Below are positions 30,615-47,867 of a stretch of DNA of 64,000 nt, one piece after another (the stretch's first letter is position 1; each line of letters starts with the position of its first letter). The DNA lies in assembly GCF_009914755.1 (NCBI RefSeq), contig NC_060927.1. One strand, written 5' to 3'. The DNA comes from the human T2T-CHM13v2.0 reference genome, Homo sapiens. The notes beneath the pieces are model-generated. The model did no database searches. It saw nothing but the letters and a program-made list of their open reading frames with translations, and was not told the DNA's origin. A program made the translations under genes and the position numbers.

Positions 30615-31208
30615 CTGCAATACAATGGTGTGCTTTAAGACAGGACTGACAAAATCTTAATGAATAGATGATGTTAAGTAGGATAAGGACAAGCAATACA
30701 TTATACTGTAATATGGCAAAAAGTTCACAAAACTGGTTTGAAAAGTAGTTTACACTGAAAAATTTGCATCATACAAATGACAGATTGTCCTCATGTTTTA
30801 AATGTCATATCCACTGAAGTATAAAATCTGAAACCATTCCTGTGCTTTTGCAAAGGTATCAATTACCCTCCAGAGAATACCCAGGAAAAAAAAGAAACAC
30901 AGATCTAAACTCTATTGATATGTTAAATTTTCCCCAAATAATTATAAACTTTCCATTCATATCACATTTTTAATTAGTACAAGGAAATGGAGAATTAGAA
31001 AGAGTATCCATTAAAGATTTGTTAAGTATTTAAGGACTAAAGATGTTAAGTTTTTGATGCCAAAGATCTGAAATGTGTACAGTTAACCAAGACTATTAAA
31101 CTGGCTTCTAGTTCCATTGAGAGTGAAAACTCTTGAGTTAGTGCTCTGAAATAATGTTTGTATACATTTTCAATTAACAGAGATGGGGGGGAAAAAAGCA
31201 CTGCTTAC

Positions 31209-31332
31209 ATCTAAAAGCCAGTGCTCGGAAACAATGTGTACTCCTCTTTCTTTTACAGATTTATACTCCCGATTAGTGTCATTTGGCCGCCCTTGATAGA
31301 TGAAATGAGTCACTGTTTCATCAAAACTCCAC
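31209..31332 (-). CDS. TOPBP1: TOPBP1 exon 17 (BRCT6: [14 protein letters not shown]...WLLD)
   Basis: ttcag|G TGG...GAT|gtaagc; 124 nt. Confidence 0.96.
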
Positions 31333-31477
31333 CTGAAATAACCAATACAAAAAAACAAATAACCAAGAGAAACATCCTCATTAGTTTAAGATGATTCTTA
31401 TTTACTGTGAACAGAATATTCTGACCTTCCCAAAACTTTCGGACTAGAGTAAACAAGACCATTAAAATGACAGGCTC

Positions 31478-31640
31478 AAGCCAAGTGATACATGCCTATA
31501 GTCCCAGCTACCCAGGAGGCTGAGGCAGGAGGACACTTGAGGCCAGGAGTTTGAGGCTGTAGTGTGCTATGATCACCCCTGTGAACAGACACTGCACTTC
31601 AGCCCAGGCAACACAGCAAGACCCCGCCTCAAGAAAAAAA
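31478..31640 (+). mobile_element. FRAM/Alu right monomer
   Basis: gtcccagctacccaggaggctgaggcaggagga... Confidence 0.75.
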
Positions 31641-32084
31641 CAGTTAAAAAAATGATGATAGGCTCTATCTTTTTGGACAAATTTTATGCATATATCTGTA
31701 GGTATATAAATACAGAGAGAGGTTTAGAAGAATATCCTTTAAAATATTACTCTCTTCTTTATGCTTTTCTGAATTGTTTCAATTTTCTTTTATAAAGAAT
31801 ATCACTTTTACAGTAACCATAAAGGTATTTCAAATTAATAAATTGCAAAGCATCCAACTTGCCCTCCAGTTGCTGGCAGTCACTATTCATTGTATGCCCC
31901 AAAACAGACTATATATATTTTACACATCATTATCTCATCCATTCCTCACAACAATCCTAACACTGGTATTATTACATTAATCTTAAAGATAAAAGAACTA
32001 AGGGACATGGTTCAGTACCCTGTTCAAGGATACTCAATGAGTAAATGATAGAGATAACTTTGACTTCAAAAGCCATGCTCTTAA

Positions 32085-32421
<337 letters not shown>

Positions 32422-32603
32422 GCTATTCAATATTCTCTTGACCTGGGAAACATCAAGTAAAAACCAAAGGGTAGGTAAAAATTATATTTCTAAATACAAT
32501 CACCAAAATAAACAGAATTTTATCCTTAGGGACACTTAATATTTTCCATTTTCTAAGTAAGGAATATCTCTGAGCTTTTTAAATAGACAAATGAATTAAG
32601 AAG

Positions 32604-32900
32604 CTGGGTGCAGTGGCAGTGGCTCATGCCTGTAATTCCAGTACTTTGGGAGGCCAAGGCAGGTGGATCACCTGAGGTCGGGAGTTTCAGACCAGTCGAC
32701 CAACATGGAGAAACCACATCTCTTCTAAAAATACAAAATTAGCCGGGTGTGGTGGCGCATGCCTGTAATACCAGCTACTCAGGAGGCTGAGGCAGGAGAA
32801 TCGCTTAAACCCAGGAGGTGGAGGTTGTGGTGAGTCGAGATTATGTCACTGCACTCCAGCCTGGGCAACAAGAGCAAAACTCCCTCTCAAAAAAAAAAAA
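32604..32900 (+). mobile_element. Alu (AluSp-like)
   Basis: Sense dimer; TSD gaattaagaa. Confidence 0.9.
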
Positions 32901-33213
32901 GAATTAAGAAAAAGAAGTAAGAAGTACTATTGCCTCCTAAGTTATATTATAAAAATCTCTATTTCCTACTGACCATGTATCCTAAAACATAACAATAAAA
33001 ATACACCTTGCCTAATTTGTTAGTTCTCAGAATAACTGTCTCCCTTTCTGCGTAGTGGTATATTATCAAGATAATTCAGAAAAACAGAGGAGTATTTTTG
33101 CCTGAATCAATTTGGTTTACCAGTCAACTCCACTATGACAATATGGAAACCATGAGTTTCAGTCTTCAGAGGCCATTCAAGAACAGACTGTCAGTGGTTG
33201 TAGATGGTTTACA

Positions 33214-33412
33214 TCAGGGTTTGGCAAATTTTTTCTTAAAAGGCCAGATAGTAAATATTTTAGACTTTGCAGGCCAAACAATCTCTTTTGCAACTGCTCA
33301 ACTTTTGTCTTGTATGTGAAAGCAGTCATAGGCAATTTGTAAGTGAAAAGGCATTGCTGTATTCCAATAAAACTTTACTTACAAAAACAGATGAACCAGC
33401 CCATACACCCTT
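33214..33412 (+). mobile_element. MER58-like hAT element
   Basis: cagggtttggcaaatttttt...ggccagatagtaaatattttag...ttccaataaaactttactt. Confidence 0.75.
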
Positions 33413-35518
33413 GGTCTAGATCAGCGGTTTCAGCAAAAGTGTTACTTCAGGGGTTATTTTGGACATTTGTGAGGGTGATTTTGGTTGTTACAATGTGTGT
33501 TTGTATGTTGGAGGGTGCTACTAGCATGCAGTGGGTAAGGTACAGGATGCTGGAAATTCTGGGGAACAGTCATACATATAATTATGTCATATCTTGCATG
33601 ATATTCTAATGTCCCGACAAATTCACGTATGTAAAAAAAAGTTGTTTATAATTAGTTGAGTCTAGAACCTGTTCGACATATAAACAAGTTATTTTTTTGC
33701 AGTTTTAATATACACTAATATTACAAAAATGTGACTACTGTATAAATTGATGGAAGACCACTGCTACTCATGGTATCTGAGTCCCCAGATCGGTCTCAGC
33801 CTTGGGACTGTTGGATTTGTGGTGCCTTTACATAGGTATACAAACGTATTAATACTCCATTGTTTTCTAGTGTAGTCAGCCTTAGGCATTATACATAACT
33901 GAACATATATCTTTTCTATATTATGCACCTTCTATTTCTCCTATGCATCACAGAGTGCTATACTGTCTGCTACTTTTTTAAATTATAAAAGTAGGTAGGT
34001 TATATTTATATTCATTTTAATAGAGGGAATGTTACACAAATATTTGTAATAAAATGAAGATGCTGCATCTGATTTGTTGCAAAGATCGGGCCTACATGTT
34101 TAACTGTCTGAAGACAGAAGACAGTATCCGATGATCTCTTTGGGACAGTCTGGTCCTAGATGATGGAAGGGAACATTTGGAACAACTTCACTTGAGAACT
34201 GCTTTACTCTATGCATATATAAATATCTAACCTCTGCATATTATAAGGCTCTTCCCTTTATCAATTACCAATCCATTTCAGGAAAAGATTTAATATAAAC
34301 TTTAATGCAATGCAATGGTTAAATTCTGTTTAGGAATTTCAGTAATAAATTCTATTTTTTATACTGAGAGGACTGGCATTTAAAATCATATAAAAACATA
34401 CATCCTATATGTTCCCTTGAAAGTCTTATATCATGTCTACATCAAAACAGAATAAACAAGGAAACATTCAATTTTGAGGAAAAAAAAATATACACACACC
34501 CCTTGTAGGGCTACTATGAGAATGAAACGAGATAATGCTCAGCAACTGGCAATAGGTAACATAATAGGTAATTAGATAATAACAGATAAGATTACCTAAC
34601 AATTTATAATAGGTAATACAAATATACCGTAGAAGAGCTTCACTATTTCAAATGGATGTACCAAACACTAAGATGCTTATATGTATTACAGATCAATTTT
34701 ACTCCTATATTTTCCTGTCCTAATTTCTTTATCAAATAGAAAACAAACTGAAATAAGAGTTACCAAAGGGGAAGATGAAACTAATCATATTCCTGCAATG
34801 GTTCATCATTTGTTAAACAAATTCTTATGATATCTATGAATGGCTGAACACAAGTTATCAACAAAGCAAGCATTACAGCTAGTGGAGGAGTACAGTCAAC
34901 TCAGGACTGGCTGAAATAGGTAAGAGATTCTCAATTCTGGATACTGATGCCATTTGTGCTAGAGATCTGTTTTCAGCTTAGGCTGTCAGGTTGACTGAAG
35001 AAAAATCTGACAATCTAAGTCTCCAAAGTTTAAAAAAAAAAAAAGATAATGAAAACATGCTCAAAAAAGACTATCTTAATAAAGGAGGGCTGCCAGAGTA
35101 CTTAGTACTACTCCCAGAGGGCTCTAATCTGAAAAATCACTAGTAAAAATAAACTTAATCTCAGATCCAGATGTATTACTATTAATAGACTCTAAACTCC
35201 TTGAACACAGGGATTCTTTTAGACTATACTGATCCTTCATGGATCCCAGGTTTCTAGAATAGTTAGTGGCATAAAATAGGCTCTCCAATATTTGTTGTGC
35301 ATACCCTAAAAAATATACATTATATACATATAAGAGTGAATTGATACGTGAGAGGCTATTTTCAACAGATGTGGTAAATTAAAAATCAACTGGAGAGATT
35401 TTGTAGATAAAGATGCATGAAACAAAATAAATGTATTCTTGTAGATGCTCACAATAGCTTTAGGTTTCCTTATAAATTTCAGTCATATCACCATGAAACA
35501 GAAAGATGTGCCAACTAC

Positions 35519-35628
35519 CTGTAATCTGCTCCTAGAGAGGCTGCGATCCCATTTAGTTCACTCTGCTTCTTACTGAGTTTTTTACTAACACATACCACTA
35601 CTTTGTGAAGTGGCTTTGGGGCTTCTTC
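35519..35628 (-). CDS. TOPBP1: TOPBP1 exon 16 ([17 protein letters not shown]...ADY)
   Basis: gacag|GAA...CAG|gtagtt; 110 nt; preceded by an 88-nt intron. Confidence 0.96.
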
Positions 35629-35716
35629 CTGTCCATGGAAAATAAAAGAAACAGATCAGTCATTATTGTTTGAAATGTTATCTAAAACTTCCTTTTAATA
35701 AGAGAACTAATCCTAC

Positions 35717-35890
35717 CTTCTCTGACTGGGCCTCTTTCAGTTGAGGGCTGGCAGAAAGAGCGACAGCATTTCGAGAGCTATTTGCCAAAGCAAGTTGCAA
35801 GTTTTTGACAATAACTTCTGAGAGTGGCGTACTCGGTTTCCTTTTCTGTTGGCTGGGACGTCCTGGAGTTTCCAAGGCTGCAAGTGCATC
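35717..35890 (-). CDS. TOPBP1: TOPBP1 exon 15 ([11 protein letters not shown]...QSEK)
   Basis: tatag|GAT...AAG|gtagga; 174 nt. Confidence 0.96.
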
Positions 35891-35900
35891 CTATACATAT

Positions 35901-36012
35901 GAAGGAGAGAGAGAGATGGAGAAAAGAAGAGAGAGAGAGAGAAGCAAGATGGGTTAATAGGACAGGAAAAAGAAAGAGGAGGAGAGAGGGGTAAAGAGAG
36001 AGAAGGGGGAGA
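35901..36012. repeat. (GA)n-rich tract, forming the extended polypyrimidine tract of exon 15
   Basis: Directly upstream (minus strand) of the exon 15 acceptor. Confidence 0.88.
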
Positions 36013-36907
36013 ATCCTCAAAATTAATGGATTACAGTTTAACTTCCTCTAGTTTTCCTCCAAATAACAAGAAAAAGAATAAACTATAATCAAATCCATAT
36101 ACTGTGAACAAAAATTCCATACTGTCCAGCAAATTGGTTCAAAGAGACTAACTAGCTTACATTTTCAGCAGTGCTTGTCTCTTACCTGAATCTTAGAGTT
36201 GAATTTGAAAACAAAACAAACCAAAAAAACCCAGAAGGAAACAAATAAGCAACGACGGATATAATCAAGAAATGGATTATAAGGAAGGTTAGAAAGTCAA
36301 AATGAGCTGAGAATTAAAAAAAAAAAAATCTTCAAAAGTTCAAAATATATTCCTGTTCTAAAGCCACCAACAGTTCCCTCCTGAAAGGAAGCTACTGTTG
36401 TCCAAATGGCTTGCTCATTCTCTTTTGCATGTGTATAGTATTCCATGTATGTATCAGAATGTATTTAACCTGTGTACAACTGATAAGCTTTCGGTTAACA
36501 GTCTTTTGCAAGTATAATGATGCAATGAATAACCTTGTACACAAACCATTTTGCACACACAAGAGTAAAGGAAACCTTTTAAGCAAAATGTATCTACCAG
36601 CCCAGTGCAGTGGCTCCTGTCAGTAATCTCAGCTACTCCAGAGAAGTTGAAGCAAGAAGACAGCTCAAGACCAGGAGTTTTGAGACGAGTCTGGGAAACA
36701 CAGTTAGACCCAATTTCTTTTTAAAAAAACTAAAAAAACAAGACCAACATGTATCTACCAATGTTGACATTTTCATGAGCAAAGTATGAGTGTGTGTGTT
36801 TTCCAAACGTGCTTGATATCACAGTAATCAGATTTTTCTTTTTTGACAATCTGATAAGACTAAAAAATTTTATCTGTATGCTTTAATTTTCTACTCTTTT
36901 ATACTGA

Positions 36908-37241
<334 letters not shown>

Positions 37242-37458
37242 TATATGTATATTTATATCTAATTTTTTGTGATAACTATCTGCTCCTATCCTTTGCCCAT
37301 TTTTCTACTGGGTTGTTAGTCTTTTTTTTAATATATTCGCTTGTATGAATATACTTTTATATTCATTTGTATGAATTTATATGTGCATGTATCAACTGTG
37401 ATATAATACCCACGTATTTATTTTCAATTTATCATTTGTCAAATTTTTGCCATGGAGC

Positions 37459-37905
37459 TTTTTTTTTTTTTCAGAGATGGAGTCCTGCTTTGTCACCCAA
37501 GCTGGAGTACAGTGGCATGATTATAGGTCACTGTAACTTCTAACTCCTGGATTCAAGGATCCTCTCACCTCAGCCTCCCAGGTAGCTGGGACTCCAGATG
37601 CACAACCCTGTGCTCAGCTAATTTTAAAATTTTTCATAGAGACAGGGTCTTGCCGTCTTTCCCAGGCTGGTCTCAAACTCCTAGGCTCAAGCAATCCTCT
37701 CGCCTTGGCCTCCCAAAGTGCTGGGATTACAGGTGTGAGTCACGGTGACTCGCTGTAATTTTTTTGTTTTTTGAGACGGGGTCTTGCTCTCTTGCCCAGA
37801 ACGGACTGAAGTGGCTCAATCTTAGTTCACTGCAACCTCTGCCTCCAGGGCTCAAGCAATCCTCCCTTGTCAGCTGGGACTATAGGTATGTGCCATCACA
37901 CCCAG
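37459..37905 (-). mobile_element. AluJ-like plus partial Alu
   Basis: Antisense Alu sequence. Confidence 0.82.
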
Positions 37906-38069
37906 TTAGAGAATTTTTAATGCTGTCAAATTCATACGAATCTTCTATTTCTTTTGGAGTGTATGTTATAGTTAGGCCTTCCCCACACTAGGATTATTTT
38001 AGAAACAAATTCATGACATGTTTGGGAATTTTTATGGCTTCATTTCTTATGTTTAAATCTGATCATCTA

Positions 38070-38352
38070 GGCTGGGTGTGGTTGTTCACGCTTGTAATTC
38101 CAACACTTTGGGAGGCCAAGGCAGAACTGCCTGAGCCCAGGAGTTCTAGACCAGCCTGAGCAACATGGTGAGACTCTACCTCTCCAAAAAATACAATTAG
38201 CTGGGCACAGTGTCATGTACCTCTAGTCTGAGTTACTCCAGAGGCTGAGGTGGGAGGACTGCTTGAGCCCAGGAGGTCAAAGCTGCAGTGAGCCACGATG
38301 ATGCCACTGAACTCCAGCCTAAGTGATAAAGTGAGATCCTATTTCAAGAAAA
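38070..38352 (+). mobile_element. Alu (AluJ-like)
   Basis: Diverged sense dimer. Confidence 0.85.
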
Positions 38353-38664
38353 ACCCCAAAAGTTGATCATCTAAAAAGTATTCTGATGTAAAGTGTGAGC
38401 TTTAATTACAAACGTATTTTCAGATGGCTACCTAATTGTCCAATTTGAATGCCACCTTTATTACATAATAAATTCCCCTATTTGTGGAGTATAATCTTAT
38501 ACACTAACTTGATTATTCACGTGACACCACACTGCTTTAACTACTGCAACTTTATAGGAGGTTTTAATAAACGGTAGGGCTACTGCCTACCTGCAATTAT
38601 ACTTTTCAGATTTTTTTTAATATTGTTTCTGCTTGCATTTTTTTCTAGGACCTACATTACCTTT

Positions 38665-39641
<977 letters not shown>

Positions 39642-39749
39642 CCTTTATAGATCTTGACAATGTTTAAATCTATTTTGCAAGAACATGGTAAGTCTTTCTA
39701 TATGCTAAACTTTTTAAAATTTCTTCAAAGCATTTTAGAGGATTCCTTA

Positions 39750-41260
<1,511 letters not shown>

Positions 41261-41334
41261 AATTTGAAAAGAATCAAATTTTAAAACCTACCATGTATTG
41301 TGGAAAACTGATTTCAAATGATTGAGAATTCTTA

Positions 41335-41680
<346 letters not shown>

Positions 41681-42257
41681 AAGATAAAAGATAAAAGAAA
41701 AATCCACATGACCTCCAGGCAAAAAGATGAAATAACTTCCAAAGACAAGTAATTTAATTAGATTGGCATCAGATTTTTTTTCAAAAACAACACATACAAA
41801 GCAAGGCAGTAGTGGAAGAGCATTTTCAGGAAACTCAAGAAAAAAAACTGCAAGCTAAGAATAGTACATCCAAACAATTTGTAGAAGAAGCAAGGCCACA
41901 GTAAAAGTTATGAACATGCAGAACTCAAGGAATACTGTACACGTGTGTACACACAGATTCCTGAGGAACCTACTAGAAAATGAACTTCATCCTACCAAAA
42001 GTGACAGGTAAGCTTCAAAAAGAAGAGTACACATTTCATATATTCGATTGTAGAGTTAAGACCAAAACGAGGGTGGGGTCTGTGGGTTGAAAAAATATAT
42101 TTTCCCTCCTGACAAAGTAAAAAAATATGCAATGAAAAATAGAAGAGAGAAAAGGGGGAAAGAGAATAAGATCTTCTATACAGGCAATTAGTGGGAGTCA
42201 AAAATATAATTTAAAACTGACAAATAATAAAGAATACTATTTAAGTAAGAAGAGGTA

Positions 42258-42712
42258 TGCATCATCATGCCCAGCTAATTTTTCCAACTTTTTGTAGATG
42301 TGGGGTCTCACCATGTTGCCCAGGCTGGTGTCCAACTCCTTGCCTCAAGTGATCCACCTCAGCCTCAATGTGCTGGGATAACAGGCATGAGCCACTATGT
42401 CCAGCCATCCTTGTACTTATTTCTTTTTGAGACAGGGTCTTGCTCTGTCACTCAGGCTGGAGTGCAGTGGTAGGATGATAGCTCACTGCAGCCTCAAACT
42501 CCTGGGCTCAAGCCATCTTGCTGCCTCACCCTCCTGAGTTCTAGGACTATAGGTGCACTCCACCAAGCCCAGCTAATTAAAAAAAAAATTTGTTAGAGAT
42601 GGCGGTCTCGCTATATTGCCTAGACTGGTCCAGAACTCCTGGTCTCAAGTGAGGCTCCCACCTCAGCCTCCCAAAATGCTGGGATTACAGGTGTGAGCCA
42701 CCACGCCCAGCC
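42258..42712 (-). mobile_element. partial Alu plus AluJ-like
   Basis: Antisense Alu sequence. Confidence 0.85.
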
Positions 42713-42789
42713 CCTTGTACCACTTTTATTTTGCAACTTTTTGTAAGTTAGAAATTATTTTGAAGTAAAAAGTGAAATAAAACAACTTA

Positions 42790-43420
42790 TAATAGCAAGT
42801 ATCAGCAAAGATGAGGAACACTGGGTACACTCAACACACTACTGGTGGAAGCATGAACTGGTATAATCACTTTGGCAAAAAATTTGTCATTCTCTACTGA
42901 AGCTGAAATATAACCCAACAATTTCACTTCCAGGTATATACCACATAGTAACACACACACATAGACTCCAAGAGACACGCACAAGAATGTTCACAGTAAA
43001 ATTATTTTGTAAGGGCAAAAAACTAGTAACCAACTAAATGCCCATCAACAGTACACTGGAAATGTAAATTCTGTATATCCATACAAAGGAATAAATAAAT
43101 GAACTATATTTGCATGCAGCAAAACAGACAAATCTAAATAAGGGTTAAAGAACAATAAAAAAAAAACAGACTCAAAAGAATACATACTATGATTCCACAT
43201 ATTTAAAAGTCAAAAACAAGCATAACAAAACTATAGTATTAGAAGTCAGGAGTATACTTTAGGGAGGAAGCAGCGATGGAGCCACAAGGAAGGGTTTACA
43301 GTACTGACCATGGTCTCTATCTGAACGTGTATAGTGGCTTCTCAATGATTAACCCTGATAGTTCATTAGCAGTATATTTATTGTACTGCTCTGATGTATA
43401 TTAATTAAAAATTAAGTTTA
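42790..43420 (+). mobile_element. old L1 (L1ME-like) 3' end
   Basis: actggtggaagcatgaactggtataatcactttgg; aagaatgttcacag; aaagaatacatactatgattcc. Confidence 0.65.
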
Positions 43421-45034
43421 AATAAGTGGTGAGTTTTTTTGAGGGGGGCAAGGGTGAGGCCTAATAGATGGTCAATTTTGTGATTATTCCATGGGCCCTT
43501 TCATGTTTTAAGTAAAGAATTCAACATACCATATTATATCAGTTTGAAGATGATAATAAGATTATCATCTGATTATAAGATTATAGATGAAGCATTATAA
43601 TGCTTATAAGATTATAAGATGAAGCATTATTTATGTGCCATCAAAAAAGAAAGAAAAAAGAGGAAAAACACTGCTCAATAAACTATGACTCTAAACAATA
43701 AAATCTTTAATGTGTTTTTTGTATTGAGGCTATTCAGAACTATCAGCTTTCCACTGCAAAACTTTTATTGCAATGTATCTATATAAGAATGGTCTCAATG
43801 ACTGAAAATATCTCTACTATTTTCTTGCCCACCAATATTATTACATTTGCTCTTCAGAGAGTCTGTGAGCTATGACACTTTAGAGATCATCTGGATTTTA
43901 TAGATGAGAATAATGAAGCCGAAAGAGGTTGACTTGCTTTTAAAAGGCAGTAGGAGGCAAAGAAGAGGCTTGATCCTACACCTCACAGTTCTCAAGACTG
44001 ATTTTCCTCTATGTCTTAAGGGATATGGACCTGAGTATTAATCACAGTACAAAATGTTACCTCAGAAGAGATTTCATGTGAAAACTTAGAATTTTGAGTT
44101 TAATAGTAAAGACACACTTTTTTTAATGTGCGTCACTGGAATTCTGACCAAAAATAAAGGCATAAATTAGCTTGGGGAAAACTGTCCTGGATATCAATTA
44201 ATATTTATTTTCTGAATATGAATAATCTATAAACTTTTTAGTAAGTCCACTCCAAAACACAATAAAAATTATTAAAATATTGCTTCTAAATACCCTACAA
44301 GCAAAAATATCAACACGTGAATGAGTAAAATAATTCTTCAAAGGTTCGTGGATAAAGAAATCATAGACAGTGGGTTTGAACAGCCACTTAAGAGGTCAAA
44401 AGCTACTAAAGAAATAATGATGAAAATCAGTTTTGGAAAATCAAAGAAAATTATTTGGAAGATTACATTAGCCCCTGATTTACAAATGCATTTTTCAGAA
44501 AGGGAGCCATACTACAATGCTCACGAGATCAAACTAAAACACAGACTTAACTCATGTCTTTACAGGAAACAATTCAAGTAAGGTGATATACACACATTTT
44601 CAGAAGGCAAATCCCGGGTGTACTCTGAGAACCAATATATAAAGTATCAGTGTGTTTACATTTTATAGTTTATAAAGTGATTTCATCATTTGATCTTTAT
44701 AATCTATGAATTTTCAGAGCAAATATTATCTTCTTTGTATGAAAAAACAAACTGAAGCTCAGATATGTTAAATGATTGGCCTAGTCATACAGTTCAAGAT
44801 CGATCCAGTACTTGAACCCAGATGTCCTAATTTCACACCATATTTATCTATAGCTGTTACCTTAACCCTAAATGTATGCTGGGACTCAAAACGTTCAAAC
44901 TCAGTAACATAAATCTACTTGCCAATGTCTCTGGAAAATTTATTACTACACTTCAGAGGTGATGCCAAATTTGGTGCTTTAACTTTATAAACGGTAAAAC
45001 TGTTAACTCTGGGACCACTGCCTATAAACCTTAC

Positions 45035-45321
45035 CTTCACATCAAAGGAAGGCTTGAAGAGTTTGTCCTTGGACAGGAATTTTGATGGTGTATCCAGGTG
45101 TAACGAGGGCTCCTTCTGAAGTGGTTGTCCTACTGCTGGGGAGGCTGCGACCTGTCTGGCATGTTGTGAGACCACAGCACGGAAAGCTTTACTCTGAAAG
45201 CGGTTCATATCTAAAGGTGTAACGACGGTTTTTCTGTGAGTTTGCAGGCGTGTGCCAGGATGCTCTGCAGTATCTGAATTTAGATTGATTCCATTTGTTA
45301 TTTCTGTTTCCAAACTTCGTT
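45035..45321 (-). CDS. TOPBP1: TOPBP1 exon 14 ([10 protein letters not shown]...SFDVK)
   Basis: tctag|AA...AAG|gtaagg; 287 nt. Confidence 0.96.
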
Positions 45322-46200
45322 CTAGAGATTTAAAATGAAAAGAAACAAATATGAGCCACTAATGCCCACTTTTTCCCGGTACACAAGAAGTAATATTTTA
45401 TACTGTTTTCTTTCCTTTCTTTCTTGCATAACTCCTGGGCTCAAGAGATCCATCTACCTCGGCATCCTAATCTGTTAGTTTTCATGTCAATTCTCAGGTA
45501 CACTTTAAATCACAAAATTATATACCTACTTTCCAAGAAACAAACCAGATTATGCATTAAATATATGTTGAGTTAGACAAGCACATTAACTGAAAAAATA
45601 ATAATAGATTTCCTGTTTCATCTTGCTATGTCTCAATAAGCCTATTTGCCAAAAATTGTTATCAGTGAATGTCTTTCTAGTCAATGACAGAGTAAAAAGA
45701 AAAATCTCAATTACAGGTACTCAGAGTTAACTACAGTCTAGTTTTGGAAAGTCCTTAATCAAATTTTAATATGACCTGAACATCACTTAGCCTCAGTCAT
45801 AAAATTACCAGTCTGTCTGGCAAAATAAGTAATGACTCTGAGAGGTATTCCCAAGCTGCTGATATGTCCCTGAAGTTTGCCCATGGATGCTATTATCTTA
45901 CAAGAGAGGGTACTGTATTCTTCCACCTATGCCTTCCACCTTTTTTCAACATTTAACAAAAAACCTTATTAGATAGCTACTCCATGCCAGGCCTAGTGTT
46001 AGACATGGGAAATACAGAATTCACAAGACATGCATGTTCACTGCCTTTCTGGAACTTCAAATTTAGCAGGAAGACACAAAATAAACAACCATTATAACAC
46101 TGAGGTAAGAGATAAAAGGGATGATACAGAGTGTCATGGTGAAACAAAAAACATTATACCAAGACAAAGGCCATCCTTGGTGAGTCAAGAATGCTTCCCA

Positions 46201-46776
46201 AGACAGTGTGGCGATTCCTCAAAGATCTAGAACTAGAAATACCATTTGACCCAGCGATCCCATTACTGGGTATATACCCAAAGGATTACAAATCATGCTA
46301 CTATAAAGACACATGTACACATATGTTTATTGCAGCACTATTCACAATAGCAAAGACTTGGAACCAACCCAAATGTCTATCAATGATAGACTGGATTAAG
46401 AAAATGTGGCACATATACACCATGGAATACTACGCAGCCAGAAAAAAGGATGAATTCATGTCCTTTGTCGGGACATGGATGAAGCTGGAAACCATCATTC
46501 TGAGGAAACTATCACAAGGACAGAAAACCAAACACCGCATGTTCTCACTCATAGATGGGAATTGAACAGACACAGGGCAGGGAACATCACACACCGGGGC
46601 CTGTCGTAGGATGGGGGGATGGGGGAGGGATAGTATTAGGAGAAATACCTAATGTAAATGACGAATTAATGGGTGCAGCAAACCAACATGACACATGTAT
46701 ACATATGTAACAAACCCGCATATTGTGCACATGTACCCCAGAACTTAAAGTGTAATAATAATTAAAAAGAAAAAAT
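46201..46776 (+). mobile_element. 5'-truncated L1PA (ORF2 C-terminus plus 3'UTR)
   Basis: ORF 46191..46565 is the L1 ORF2p C-terminus (TVWRFLKDLELEIPFDPAIPLLGIYP...GN*); TSD gaa.gcttccca. Confidence 0.95.
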
Positions 46777-47117
46777 GAAAGGCTTCCCAGGGAAAGTGGT
46801 ATCTTAGCTGAGAACTGAAAGATAAGCAGGAAGAGCAGGCAACTGTGAGGTGGTCTACAGGAAACATGCAGAAGCCCAAAGATAAGAGGAGAGATAGCAT
46901 GTTAATTATATAGTGTGTTACTATGAGCCATAGAAAGAATCAACAGTAAATAGGAGCCAAGCTTACATCTGTAGACTTCGAACACTGAGACCCTCACTGC
47001 ACCCAATGTGAAAAGCAAAAATCAATGACCCTTCCTAAACACAAGCATTGGCACATTTATATCCCAGAAACCATCTAGTTGTAAATATATATAAAAGAAC
47101 AGAATAAAAGTATTAAC

Positions 47118-47329
47118 CTTCTTTAGTTGAATTTTCAATCAGAAAATGGCTTTCGTCTGCTCTCTTTCCCGTTCTAGCAGTCTCCAACAGCCAAGCTATA
47201 GTAACGGCAGGTAAATTCCACTTCTTTGCAGCTTCATATTTAGAGCCACCACGTTCTTTCAGTATAAGATGAGTACTGGCAAACATGCCTTTCTTTGCAT
47301 TGGATTTGCGAACAAAGTATTCTTGAACA
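47118..47329 (-). CDS. TOPBP1: TOPBP1 exon 13 (BRCT5: [13 protein letters not shown]...STKE)
   Basis: ttcag|T...AAG|gttaat; 212 nt. Confidence 0.96.
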
Positions 47330-47551
47330 CTGAAATTTATGTTTAAAGAAGTGGAAATGGTCACATATACAATTAACCCGCAAAACTAACAAAATTTCCA
47401 ACACAACAGTGTGGTTAGAGATCATGTAAGTATAAAAAAAAATACTGATTAAAAGTTGGTTTACTCTATCTGAAATTAAGCTAATCCCCTTACAAATGCT
47501 TACTCTAGGGTAAAAATGTATTGCTGTAACAAACTTTTTATAAAAACATAA

Positions 47552-47867
<316 letters not shown>

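Noticed and set aside
46191-46565. 124-aa open ORF
   Set aside because: It is the C-terminus of L1 ORF2p in a 5'-truncated copy, with no promoter or RT domain.
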